DNA of 64,000 nucleotides from Gordius albopunctatus (taxonomy: Eukaryota), in contig OZ193909.1 of NCBI GenBank assembly GCA_964276515.1, forward strand, positions 10,850,001 to 10,914,000, in the 5' to 3' direction. The notes under the pieces are model-generated. The model saw nothing but the letters and a program-made list of their open reading frames with translations. It ran no database searches and had not been told where the DNA came from. Position 1 is the first letter of the stretch. Every line of letters starts with the position of its first letter. A program made the position numbers and the translations under genes. This document shows, one piece after another, positions 23,856 through 37,900 of the stretch.

Positions 23856-24286
23856 CAGAGACCAGATTTTCCCGGCCCACGGGCCGGGCCGGGAAACTGA
23901 TGTAAATTTTAACTTTCGGGCGGGCCCGGGCGGGAACCATAACAAGATTCGGGCAATTCGGACTCTATTTGTTTTTAAAATAATGTATTATATTGTTTTT
24001 ATGTATATTTTGCCAGTTTTTTAATTGATTTCATAATGTTAGTTAATCCTAGTTCTCATTTAAAAAAAACAAAAAATAAGATAAAATTTTTAAAAAATAT
24101 AACGATATTTGTGCTAAAAATTTTAAAACACACCATTTCAGGCCGGGCAGTTCGGGCAGCTGGGATAATTCGGGCATTATCGGGCGGACACATAGAAGGG
24201 TTTGGGCGGGCTCGGGCGGGCAGATTAATTTTAAAATCGGGCCGGGCTGGGTTCGGGCAGAAAAATTCTAACAAATCTGACCTCTG
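23856..24286. mobile_element. hAT-type MITE (431 bp)
   Basis: 14-bp TIR CAGAG(AC/GT)CAGATTT; TSD GTTACTAG/GTTACTGG; CGGGC subterminal repeats. A related right end is at ~44030-44186. Confidence 0.85.
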
Positions 24287-24327
24287 GTTACTGGCTGACT
24301 CGGCAAACCTTGTTTTGCCATATACAT

Positions 24328-26927
24328 TAGAGACCTGCACGGCCCGGCCCGGCCCGCGGGGGCCCGAAAAGCCCGGCTCGCGGGCCGGGTATGGGTGGGC
24401 TTTGGACTTAAAAAAACAACGGGCCGGGCTTGGGCGGGCCGACAAATCAAGCGGGCCGGGCCTAGATTTAGCTAGTCCCGTTAAAAGCTCGTTGCAAAAT
24501 AGTTAATTTTTTATTTGTTTCGTAATAAATACCTTAAAATAATTACAACTTAAACAAAGACAAACTATATTTAAACTGTTTTTTTTATTAATTTAAATTT
24601 ATTTTTTTTGTGTCCTAATACGCCACACAAACACACTTACTTTTCCTTTTTCATTCATACATTTACAAAAAGTACTGCGAAATTTGATTTGAATTGATAC
24701 TTTATAAGTAAGACTTGAATATTCAGCAAAGTAAACTACAGCTATATTTTACAACAAGTATTTTTATGATTATTTTAAATTTTCAATCTTTAACATTGTT
24801 TTAAATTGTAAAATAACGTTTTTCTTATCTAAACAAATTGTTTATAGTACATTACACATGTCGGAAGAATTAAATAATGCTACCAAAAGAAAAGCTAATG
24901 ATCTTAAAATCAAATTGAATCATAACTTAAAGAGTGGTGTATGGAAAAGGTTTGATATCCTCTTGGACGAAAACAATAACCAAGCGAGGGTGTGCATTTG
25001 CAAAACTTGCAAAAAATATCTGTCCTATCAACCCTCTTATGGTACCTCCCACCTCAAACGACACAAATGTAGTGTTGAATCAACATCTGGAACAATGGAT
25101 CAATATGTTTCAGCAATGGATACGAAAAAAGCAAAGCTTTTAAAAACCAAAGTAATTGATGAAGCCATAAAATTTTGTGCCAAAGATTTAAGGCCATTTC
25201 AAGTTTTTGGCAAAAAAGTATTTCAAGACTTTTGCCAGTTTTTAATAAATAATGTAACACCAGGGCAAGTTAATGTTAAAGAAATTTTTCCTGATCCAAC
25301 TACTATAGCCAGACATGTTAGCCAGTCTGCTGATGCCATAAGGAAACAGATATTACCAGAAATAATATCTTATGTGCAAAAAGGTTTATGTTCAGCCACA
25401 ACAGATATGTGGACTGAAGATTATACAAAAAACTCATATATAATGTTGAGCATTCATTATATTAATGAAAAACTTATAAAAAGGATACTATTTACCTCAC
25501 AATTTCCATATGAAAAAAAAGTGGAGAAAACATAAAAAGTGAAATTCAAATAAATTTACATCTTTTGGATTAAAACAAAATGATATTTTTAAAATTACCT
25601 TTATATCAGACCAAGGTGCAAATATAATCAACGCACTTCGCAATTATAGGTGATTGGATTGTAAAGCTCACCAGATTAATAATGTACTTAAAGGGGCTTT
25701 TAATGAATCCTTTTTGTTGGACAATGCTCCAGATGTATTAAGCCTGATAAATGATGCTAAAACCCTTGTAAGATACTTCAAGCAAAGTGGTTTGAATAAA
25801 AATTTAACACGTTGTCTATATCAAGATGTGGTTGTTAGGTGGAATTCCAAATTAAATCTTCTGGAAAGTGTTTATAATATGATAGATGAGGTTGAAGAGA
25901 TTTTAACAAAAAGAAATGAAACATTTATGCTAGTTAACATAACCAGACCTTTGCTCAAATCAACTATTGAAATATTACAGCCCTTCAAAGAAGCTAGCAC
26001 ACAATTAGAGGCAGACTTGAAATCCACTTTGCCTTACGTGTTTCTATGGAAAGTGAGATTAATAAATATGATGGAAAATGACGGATTTTCTGATGATCAA
26101 ATTAAAAGGATTAAAAATAAACTTAAGGAGCTAATTAAAGAAAAGTACACCATCCATTCCCTGCACAAAATGGCAACTGTGCTTCACCCTAAATTTAAAA
26201 ACATGGTAATGGCTACTCCTCAAGAGAGAAATGAAACCTATGAAGAAATTAAAAATCTTATAGAACGGGAAGATTTTATACAATCAGTTAATCCTAGTCC
26301 TACCAGGGATTGTCAACCTGGCAGTAGTGTATCTGAAGGTAAGATTTCTCAGTTTTATGACAACCTATATTCTTCTAGCCAATAAAGCAAAATATGTATT
26401 TTCAGAATGGGAAGACCATGATATTCAGCCTTCAGCAACCAATGAACTCCACCAATATCTTGAGGAATGTGTGACTGAATCCTGAAGGCTTCGATCTTAT
26501 AAAATGGTGGAAAGGCAAAGAAGCTAAGTAAATAAAGTAAAATCAATATAACCTTTAATTAGGTACCCAAAATTATCTCATTTGGCATTTATGGTTTCAT
26601 GTATCCTGGCTACAAGTGCCACAAGTGAACGAAATTTCTCAATGGCTGGTCGCTTATTAGAAGAGAGAAGAACCCGATTAAGACCGAAAATAATTAACGA
26701 TTTATTGTTTTTACATGATTATTATTGATGTTTTTAACATATATTACTAAATATTGAATTAACTTTTTAGTAAAAAAAATAACAATCGTTTATAAATTTG
26801 CAAAAAAAAAATTTCTACGGGCCCGGGCCGGGCCTGGGTTTTGCAAAAAATGTTTAGGGCCGGGCCCGGGCCAAATTTTTGAAGCGGGCGGGCCGACCAA
26901 ACAAAAGCCGGGCCGTGCAGGTCTCTA
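24328..26927 (+). mobile_element. Full-length hAT DNA transposon (2.6 kb)
   Basis: Perfect 21-bp TIR TAGAGACCTGCACGGCCCGGC; exact 8-bp TSD ATATACAT; GGCCC/CGGGC subterminal arrays. Confidence 0.97.
24858..26728 (+). pseudogene. hAT (Hermes/Ac-like) transposase, disrupted, with two predicted introns
   Basis: BED finger (VWKRF...CKTC...GTSHLKRHKC), DLRPF, TTDMWT, SDQGANI, CKAH, RWNS, C-terminal WWK...YPKL...ATSATSERNFS. Frameshifts near 25520 and 26470, in-frame TGA at ~25651. Introns 26339-26405 and 26528-26562. Confidence 0.93.
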
Positions 26928-27849
26928 ATATACATTATTGATAAAAAATACTATGTGTGTGGGGCTGTGGTTATAATTGAAATAGGATTGGAGCAAGGTG
27001 ACAATGATAGTCCATAAAATGACAATACACTAATTATTTACTTATTTCATCCTTTATAATTTATTAAATTAACAAAATATTTTAAGTTACATTTTTGATA
27101 ACTATTATATATATAATACATCGGATTAGGGCAACTAAAAAATAAAATAATGTAAAGGAATGAGATAAATTAATCATACATTTCGCTACAGAGCCCAAAA
27201 TGACAATTTTTAATTTCGGACATTAATTTTGTCTTATTTTCAAAAATTTAGAATTTTTATAAATAAAAAATTGACAAAAAATAGTAAACTATATAAAAAA
27301 TCTCATTTTTACAGGCTACAAAATCTTAATTTACGATGGTTGCCTGTCTGGGACCTTGGCCGAGTGGTTCCAGCAACGTGCCCGAATTTTTGGTTGTTTA
27401 TTTTTATTTTAATTACAACATGTTTTAAAAAATCTTTCCCCCTGAGAAAATTCTGGCTATGCGCCTGATGTACCGAAATTTAAGCCACAAATAGACATAT
27501 TGCTGATATGTTAATAAATTGATAGAATACTCCCGTCTTTTTATAAATGAAAGATTATTTACATTGTCCTATTTGCATGTATTACGTCGTTGGTTATGCT
27601 TTATATTTTATCAAGTGGGGGTAGCAAGGAGGAGCGGCTCCCCCCTATAAATCCAAAAATTTATTGAAGTTTATTAAAATATTGGCTAAATTATTATCTA
27701 AAAATATTATTTTACCCCTCCCTAAATGATTTTTGCCCCCTCCTCAAATTTCGATGCTGGATCTATATGGTATTTTTATAAGTAATCCCGTATGACGTCA
27801 TGAAGTTGCGTATGATTGACATTTAATTAAGTGTCAAAAGGCATAAAAC

Positions 27850-28230
27850 AAAACTACTGGACCGTCTCATCAGTATTACAATTTTTTGTAATTGCCTATA
27901 TATTTTTTGGGCAACAAGCCTTAATCTTTTACTTCATCATTTCCACATTACATATTTCGCTAACATTTCTCACAAACGTTAGAATATATAAACATCGCAT
28001 ATCATTACATCTTATTATTTACATCGTTAATTTGTACATCCATTTATAACCTATAGAACAAAAAATTATTTTCTTGACTTCTATAATAATGGGAAATGTT
28101 AGTAAAGAATGTAATGTAGAAATGGTGAAGTCTAATATATGATTATTGTTCAAATAATATATAATCATTTACAAAAATGTTGCTAAACATTAGTGTTGTC
28201 GGTCTGCTGAAGTGGTATTGTAGTCTAAAC
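27850..28230. repeat. Degenerate long inverted repeat (foldback-like) upstream of CSN4
   Basis: ACTTCATCATTTCCACATTACAT..CTAACATTTCTCA pairs with TGGGAAATGTTAG..ATGTAATGTAGAAATGGTGAAGT. Confidence 0.6.
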
Positions 28231-28858
28231 AAAAGAGTCACAACAATATTCTTAGTCGACCACTATTTATTATTTTTTTATAGAGATCCTGATGAACCAT
28301 TAGATATTAGCTTAGTGGGTGTTAGCTAGTTGTGTCACCAACACGGTGCGTCAAAGTACCACCCCCCCCCCTCATGCCTTATTTGTTTCATCTATGTGAT
28401 GATTAATGTAACTAGAAATTATGGCGCTTGTGGCGGTTCTATAAAACCAAGAGCGCTCGCCCCATAGTAATTTTATCAGGCATTTAGGATAAAGGCGGAG
28501 TAAAAAAAGGGACCTCACACTAGGAAAGCGCATCTTACGATAGACCCTTATGGTGGTGATGGTAATTAGTCTGTTTACTCTTTTTAAAGCACTGTTCTAA
28601 AATTACGCGCTCTAACACAGCACTATTATACATAATAGAAACAAAACGATTCACCTCAGACTTTTCCTTCTACTCTTAGTTGAAATATGTTCTATACAAT
28701 TAAACAATCTTGATGTATATTACAATTTTAGTTTTTTGTTGATTTTTTTGACCAATATTTTAGAGCTTAAGATACATTGCTAATGAACATTTTCTTTTAC
28801 ATGTGCCTTTGCTTTGGTGCCTACAACTTTACATACATTCATACTATTTGAACATATA

Positions 28859-31800
28859 ATGGAGGCAATTGAGGATGGTCTCAAACAAGTCATTAATGAA
28901 AATGGAAATCATAAGCTGCAACAAGACAAGTTTTAGATAAATATATATTTATGGTTACCTATTTAGCTATAAGTCGATATTTATACATTGCAACTTCTTT
29001 AAAATTTGGCTTTTTTTAAAATATTTGTTGTGCATTATATTCATGTGTGTGGTCAGAGAAATTGAGAGTGGTATCTGTCTCTCCCCGTAATAATATTCAT
29101 GTGTGTACAAAAGTGGCAAAATCACTTAAACAATATTAAACTTTGTGTCCCAACAAATGACTAATTTTTGCTTGCTGACATATATTTTAATTTTTGCTCT
29201 AGGTTATCAAGTCTTGTAGAGTCAATATATAACATGGACCATCAGTATTTGTATGAGGGATTAAAATTGATTATAAATTTGTGTAAGAATTTATAAAAAT
29301 TGTAGTATATATGTTTAGTGATTAGTGAAAATCTTAGCCTTATAACATCTCGACATATATTTTCAGAAATTTTTACCAAATTTAAAAATTCTCCACCATG
29401 GATTTTAAAAGATATATGCATTTTCACACTTGAAAAAATTCAGCCAAGAGTCATATCTTTTGAAGAACAAGTAATTAATAGATTGTAATAAAATATTTTT
29501 AATTATCAAAATTAACAAACTCAATCTTATAATAATTATAGGCAGTTGATATAAGGATAATGCTTGGAGAAATCTTTAAAAAGGAGGGAAAATGGAAAGA
29601 TGCAGCAGAAGCTTTAATTGGAATTCCCATAGAAACAGGACAAAAGTTATAAATTAAGCGCTTTTAATATTATTAATTTTAGGGTATCTAAGCCTTTAAG
29701 ATTATAATAATGTTTTTGATTGCTTTAAGTATATGTGAACACTTTTGGATTATATCATTAACATGAGTGTTTTTGTAATTATTACTAAATGCCCAGATTT
29801 TAAGTATAAGGCAAAGGTTATTATTCCCATGGATGATTATTCAAAAATTCATCATTTCCTATATCTTATTACGTCTTTGACAATCTCCATCATTTCAAAT
29901 GTTAATTTTAGTAGATCTATTATATTGGTTTGTCTATAATATTGTTGAATTGCAAGTTATATCAACCTATTCTTTGACTATATATTTAATTAAACAAGAA
30001 TTTTTGGCACTATTAAGAAGCTACTTAGCCACTTCAAGAATTTACACCCCCTTAAATAATGGCATTACTTAAAGCAACAGATGCTATGATGGCTTTTATA
30101 TATAGTGGTTAACTTTACACAAGGGTGTACTAATCTATTCTTAGAATTGTCAAATATTGTATTTTAATAACTAGCGTTTCAAATATGAGTGTTAACCTAT
30201 TTATACAGCATTTCATTGCAACATTAAATTAATGGCTCATACAATTGCATTTTTAAATACAGTTAATAACGTTTTATTATTCTACTTTATTGCCATACAT
30301 TTCTGAGAGCCCTTTAAAGCTCAAACCTCAGCTAAGCCTGCTTATTTGTATCGTATAAATCATATAAAATTAGAATGAGACAAGTCTAAAATGGAGGCAA
30401 AATATTAAAATAATTTAATAGGATGAGGAAGGTAGTGTTAGTAAAACCATTGTCCTACAAATATTATCAAATCTTTAGGAATTTTAACATATTTTTGAAT
30501 TGGTTTGGCTAAGGCAATATTCAAAGGAGTTCAAGATAAAGATATACATGGAAATAGCGGAGTTGTTTATTCAGGCTGGGGATGATGCTCAAGCGGAAAC
30601 TTACATCAATCGGGCGTCCTTATTTCAAGCAGACCTTTCGGATAAAGATCTCCAACTACAGTACAAGGTGAGATTGAAGAGTGCTTTTGTTTTAATCTTT
30701 GCATATTCTTGTCTTTTTTTAATGAATTTCTGAGAATTTATCATGGACCCTCCCTAGTTTTTATTTGTTCTTTTTTGAAATTGATCCCATTTTAGTAATT
30801 TTTATGAATTATGGATACAGCGAGCATTTTAAACAATAATTTTGATTGAATTTGCTTGGATTTATTATATTTATTTAAATAAGTTTGTGTATAGGAGCTA
30901 TTTTAAGCTATTTGTAAATTAACATATGTTTTATTTTTTGTACCATCCATTAAGTTGGAAGGGTGAATTATTATCAGGGGTAGACCTATATGTTGTCAAG
31001 CTTTTTAATATCAGATTCCTGCAAAATCCAGATATAAATATAATTTTGACCTTTCGGCTAGAAGAGCGTTACTTTAAAACAGTTTTAACTTGAATCTATT
31101 TCCAATTTATAGCATATTTTTGTTTATTAAATGTTGTTGAATCCTAATATTTTTTTGGGTAACAACTACAATTATCGGGAAAACGAATTAGCTTAATTAA
31201 ACGGTTTAAGATTTTTTTCAATCAAAAGTTTCCTTTGTGCGACAAATATTTTATTTTAGGAATGGCCTATTATTTTGTGATTTCTCTGCCTGATCATTAT
31301 TGTTTTCCATTTAGAAATGTTGTGACCAAATGAAAAACGTTGGGCTTGTTAAATTCCCCTTTAGAAGCCGAAGGCTTAATGAAAGAAACGTGCTTGTTTG
31401 AATCGTGTTTAAGATTTTTGTATGCATTTAAAGCTGAATAAACCGAAGAATTATTATATCTATATCTGAATAAAACTACTTTTTTACTTAAAATGGAATT
31501 GATTTACATTATCTTCATAAATTATAATTAAATCGCGTTTTTGTAATAAATTTAATTGCATTCGAGCTGCTCAAGTTGTAATGTTTATATTCCTTGTCTT
31601 CAATAAGAATGATTGTAATATTTTTTAGAAGTGCTATGCCAAGGTTTTAGACCATAGACATAAGTTTTTGGAGGCAGCCCAACGTTATTTGGAAATTTCT
31701 TACAAATCCGATTTGCCAGAAAACGAACGATTAGAACACTTAAACAGAGCGATTCATTGCACTGTGTTAGCATCGGCAGGTATATATAAGTCAATTTATA

Positions 31801-34800
31801 TATTTGTAACTTACTTTTAGGGCCCCAAAGGTCGAGAATGTTGGCTAACCTATATAAGGATGAACGATGCCAATGTTTACCAAGTTTTGGCATTCTCGAA
31901 AAGATGTAAAAATTTTATTATTTCTATAGCCCTCTTATTATATATATATGTATTTGTTATAGGTTAACTTAAATAAATATGTTTAATATTAGGTACTTAA
32001 ACCGTATCATACGTAGGGAAGAAATGAAAGCATTTCTACCTCACCTATCTCTACACCAAAATGCCTTGACCACGGACGGTAAATTATCGCTTCTCTTGAT
32101 GCTCTTTAATCTAGTCATGGGTGTAGCCGCATTGTGATTAGAGGGGGGGGCGTCAAAATAATCATTTTTTGTAATTTTAGCCATAATTTTGAATAAATTT
32201 CAACAAATTTTTGGATTTAGAGCGCCCCCCCCCAGCCTACGCCCATGAATCTAGTGACGGGTGTAGTGTTTTTTTATTAAAAGGCATTAGTTTGCCCTTT
32301 ACAATTTAATGTTTTTATGCTATTAACTTTGGACGCTTATCTTTTATCAAAATCATTAAATGTCTCGTCAAAATTGTTCTAATGCGAGTTTGGTGGTTAC
32401 CAAAAATTGCATTCGGGATTAGTTTAGATTTAGATTATCCGTTCAGTTTAAAAAATTAATTATTATATATTTACTTTATTATAACAGGAACCACTATATT
32501 AGAGAGGGCAATCGTGCAGCACAATATACTATCGGCCAGTATGGTTTACGAAAATATATCGTTTAGCGAGCTGTCCAAATTATTAGATATACCGCCGGAA
32601 GAAGTAGATAATTTTAATTCTCAATTATCGTTTACATTAATCTATAAAGTCTTTATTCATTAAAGGCTATGTTAAATTTTGTTGCGGAACTTAAATAATT
32701 GAACTTCTAGAGCTTTTCTCATTCAATTTGTTCTAGTCTCTCGCATATTAGTGTCCGTTTTCAACATAAAAGATTATACAAAATATAATTTAAATGTGCT
32801 TTTTTATCATCACGTTCAACTTTTAGAGATCTGCAAGCTAAAAAATAATTATAAATAATACATAAACCATACTTTTTTAAAATAACGGTTGAATAGTGCC
32901 ACTACCTCCTCCCTTCTAACTTTTTCTGCGAATAGGCTACAAATTTAATTACTTTTTGAAAAATCACCTTAAATATTTTATTCCAAAGTATATGTTCATT
33001 TTTAGAAGATAATAACAACCCCTTTCAGGAGTGCCCGCAATTAAATTAAAAGAAAACTCTAATTAGCGCCATCTATGGGCAATTTTAATTAGAGACTAAT
33101 TTGAACTATGTATATATATCATTAACCTGCAATTTATTTACTAATTTCTAATATATATTCATTGCTTCTTATTCTATATGTAATTTAAGTATTTATAAAA
33201 AAATTATGATGGAGGGCATGTCTTCAAGCGCATATAAAAAATTAATTTAACATCATTTGAAGTATATTATGGCAATATGTTTTGATGTCCCATCAAGCAT
33301 TTCGCTTTTAAATATAGTATAAGTTCTCCCGGTTGTGGTTAAAGGTGATACAATTTTTAATATATCCCATTTCTTTAGAGATAATTTGGGAAAGCTAAGC
33401 GAACTAAATATTATTTTTTCGTCGTCATAATTTCTATTATAAATTATATTTTCAATTTCGAACGTAGAGGGGAAAATTAGCTGATAGTATAATTAAATGA
33501 TAAAATAATTTTATTAAAAGAATTCGACATCATTTAAAATTCGCGCTAAAGGGTCATACAAATTAATTCATACGCGCCAAAAAAGGAATAAATCTGTGTT
33601 GATAAGGCATTTTTATAGCCTATATTCGATAATCCTCACGATTTTATTATCTATTTTACGAGCCTGTCTCCAAACTACAATAAAATAATTTGTGGAAAAA
33701 ATCAATCCCTATTTTGATTGTAATTTATAGAGCAAAAATATTTGTATAATAGATATTACTAATATTATAAGATAGCTAAATGAATAATAAAGTCAATTTC
33801 CGAGGGTCATTTTGGCGGCAATTAAATAAAATACCGTTTCTAGCAATTTATGACCACTTCAAGATGGCCGCCCAACTTTCTCTTTTATTTAATTTGATTA
33901 ATAGGTTGTATAAAACATTTGTCTCAAATTTGAAACGGTTTGAGAGGGTTCAACAGTAATTATGCCATTTTGGTCATTTCGACCATTATGAGATAACCAA
34001 TTGACAAAAAAAAATTTTGATTTTTTTTCTATGGAAATAGGTCTTACCTATTACTACGACAAGATTCTATGATTTGGGGGCCAATAACTTATAAATTATA
34101 TTGAATATAGCGTCACGAACCGATTCTTTAAATGTCCGATTTTCGACCTTTTAGCGCCCACAACTCGAAAAGTAGTGGCCTAAATGAGCTGAAATTTCCG
34201 AAAATTAATCATTTTACTAGTTGTAACATTTCCACCAAATTTTATAAAATTCTGAGAGGGTCGGCCGAAAAACGCCTTTTTATGATCGATTTGACATCTG
34301 TGGTATTCTTTTGAAATTTGAAATAAACAAAACGAATTGTTGGAGATGCTTAGTTTGAATTTATGGTTTCAAATGTTTTAAATTCAACATTGCTTTAATA
34401 GTTCAGGCTATCTTAGATAATATTTTTATATTAAACTAATATTTGCAACTTTGTCATAACAATAATTATATACAAATTTTCCTTAATTTTTTCCATATTG
34501 TAAAAATCGATTTTATAGAATTTCCAACAAAACGACCTTATGAGATTTGTACATCAAGTTGCATTTAAAAAACTTTACATTATTTTTCAACAATTTCTAT
34601 AGGTTGAGATTATTACGTCACACATGATCAAAGAGGGCAGAATGGAAGGGCACATTGATCAAATCAAAAGTTTCGTTCATTTTAAGAGTAAGTTAATACA
34701 CCCTAATTTATCACGACTTTTCATCCAGGATCAAACTACAACCAAATAATTCCCATACAAAATTTGTGCAATGACATGAACCACATCATCGAGAAAATCA

Positions 34801-34859
34801 AGGGAAATTGTCCAGAATGGATAAATAAATTTTGCGAAAACGAAATAAATCTATTATGA
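28859..34859 (+). CDS. COPS4: COP9 signalosome subunit 4 (about 11 exons)
   Basis: Spliced translation: [107 protein letters not shown] at 28859, TGA at 34857-34859. Confidence 0.96.
32116..32247. mobile_element. MITE of the CATGGGCGTAGCC family, in a CSN4 intron
   Basis: TIRs plus exact TSD AATCTAGT. Confidence 0.88.
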
Positions 34860-34961
34860 CGATCGATTATTTCAAAACAAAATAATAATATAGATTCACG
34901 TGGTATATATTTGTACATATTGTATATTGCACTAGCTAATCGTATGCTCATCCATATACTA

Positions 34962-37900
34962 TCAAGTATTATTTTTTATGTTAGTTTGACATTCTTTGTG
35001 CCGTAACTTCCATACGCTGAATTCCCTTTTGTAATTTTCGAATTCCTTGCACCACTCCTTATACTTTTCCCTATACATTTCTTTCGTTTTGATTAGTGAG
35101 CAGGACGCTAGAAAGAAAGGTAGAAAATGTACCATCTAAGTTATGCTAGCGTTTGTTTATGTAAAAGTAATATTATTCAGGAACAATTGCATTAAAAATG
35201 GGAATATATATACTCAGATCGATATTCAATTCGTATTTTTTGATGATTTGTTGCCGTATCATGCATTTGTAGCTCCCGGCACTCGACCCATTTATGTTGA
35301 GTAATATTATACCGGCGTCTATGGTTTGTAGCATATGATCTTGGTTGAATTTAATCTCTAAATCGTTGTGATACCACACCACGAACGGATTATCAGCGAC
35401 GGCATTAAATGGTTTCAAATAAGGCGGAATATCACATTTTAAATGCACATAGTCTCCTAATACTGCCTCCAGCGTTGTTACTTTTAACGTGGAAAACTTT
35501 TCATCTAATACATTTTTACATTAAGAAATAACACGATAAATTACCTATATGGCATAGGCTATCCGTCTCCGCTCTGATAGATTGTATTAACCTTGTTTTA
35601 TAAAAAAACATTTGTTTTAGACAATACTTGAAAATATGTGAAAAGTTATAGTAAGAATAAGAAATAGATCAACACCAGCAGCCTAATAAGCTTGTATGTT
35701 ATTTTAATCTCTTACACGGACTATAAATATTCCAGCTTTTTTAAAAATTTCTAATTAACATAGACACTAAATTTTAATTTAGCCTAATAGTACATGTTTT
35801 TGGTAACACGTGGGAATTTTTGAGTATTTTAATGCTAAACAATTTGTCCTTTATGAATTTTATAGTTATAGCCATCAAGTAAAATTATGCATACTTTGCA
35901 ATGCAAAGTATAATCAAAGTTAAATCTTTTCAGAGGAAAAATTGTTAAAATACTAATTATACATAAAATTTGTTTCAAAACAAGTAACGTTTTAAAGCTT
36001 AATACTATAAAACAACTATCAAATAATAACTTTTATATTTGAATAGCTGGCATCGCATGAGTTTAAACAACTAAAAATTTATCAAATGACATTTTTTGGT
36101 TTAGAAATTATTTTAAAAAGCATGATAAAAATATACTTCTCCGATTGTTCCGATGTCCAGGTAGCACAAACGCCACTGTACTTGTCCCATCCACAATGTG
36201 GATCTCTGATACATTGAGCGCAGAGTGAATACATTTCACATTGATAAACATTTATTTGCAATACTTCGTGATTCGTTGTTATGTATATATTTTTAGCCTG
36301 CACATCATCATTCATATGTTAATCGTCATATTTTATTATATGTATACCCGTAGCATGGCCATCTGGTTAACGACCGAATTATGGAATACGTGTTGTGAGC
36401 TAATGACATTAGATTTCGATGTCCCATTTTGTTCGTACCAATGAACTATTTTGTAGAGTTTTCCCTTATCTAGTAGTAATTAATATAATTGAGGTCGCCT
36501 TTATAATGTTTTTACCGGAGATGGCATATATTAAAGTGTATGGCTCGATTTGATCCGAACCAACAATTTCATCCAAAACTATCTTTTTGAAATCTACGTT
36601 CTGTCCCACGAAAATTGGTTCTTGGAGTTCCTGCTGGACAATGTTTTGAACTAACGGATGCTCATTCATGTAGTATATAGCATCTTCACTCCAAGCGTGT
36701 GTATTCGTTTCGTTTGTACACTAATTTACATTAAATTGATTCATTTTTCTTTGGCAACATTAAAACAATATAGAGTTGCAAGAAATAATTCAAATTGAAT
36801 TTGGTTATTAAGGGGGCGGCCTTTGAAGAGCTCTAATTACTTGTCTGTTTTTGCTTATAAATCCCGGTACTTCATTTGATGGTACTGCAACCCAAGGCGA
36901 GTGGGCGTGTGGCCTTCTCATGAAACTACTTTTCAAAGCCTTGTCAACGTCGAAAAAGTTGAAAACGCAAATGGCCGATGTCGTCGTTTGATCCCTTCAA
37001 TAAAATAGCGAGCATTGAGACAGGTCGATGTTAGCATTAGAATTGTTAAACTATTTCCACTTTTTTAATGCTTTCAGCTTTTAATCAATCGGCTGCTAAT
37101 CGTAAGAATAAAGGCGCTTCACAATAAATAACGGGACTCATTATTCTTTTATAAAGAAGCTTTTCTCTAGCTATTATACTTTTAAATAGGATTAAAAAAA
37201 GTCTATATTATGTTTATAGTGTGTGAAAGCCGCATAACTCCCTAAAACCAGGCAAAAAAGATTTATTTAATGTAGGCGAAAAATGTGCATACATAACGGG
37301 ATAGTGACATGTTAATTTGTAGGAGCTGATAATATTTGTCAACTAAAATAAAAACGTTTGCTCTAAAGAATGAGCATAGATTTTGTTGATGATTAATGTT
37401 TAAAAATCAATGTTAAACATATTAATAGATGCAATTATGACCCTTAAGAGTATGTTTTAATGTAAACCCAACCAAACTCAAAAAATTTTAATTCGCGAAT
37501 TCGAGGGATTAAAAATAAAACTCGTCAAACCGGGTTTATGATCATCCTTATAAAATTTAGATTTAGGCCTATTTTTACAAAGCTCGTTTTATATCCAAAT
37601 AAAAACTCCATTAATAATACAGGTTAAAATTTGGGTTAAAAGGTGAGTTTTCAAAAGTAATGCCTGCTTTTACCTCATATTTTCGAAGAGCGCGTAGAAC
37701 TGATATTGTGGTTCGTGAGATCTGTACACGTCTTTCAACGTATTGAAATAAACTCTGTGAGAATTAGATCTATCGTCGGTTATGGTGTAGGAACAATTAA
37801 GCCGTGCCTTAACGTAAGTAGCCCAATAATTGGTCGATACACTCAAGCCACCTTTATCCCTTTTGCAAATTCTGGCGACGGTGGGCACGATGTTACTTTC

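Noticed and set aside
24036..24506. GC-rich ORFs of 156, 129 and 60 aa on both strands
   Set aside because: They span the CGGGC subterminal repeats of two adjacent transposon ends and are open only because of base composition.
33400..34300. Possible TIR element in the long CSN4 intron
   Set aside because: It looks TE-like, but I could not identify matching TIRs or a TSD.
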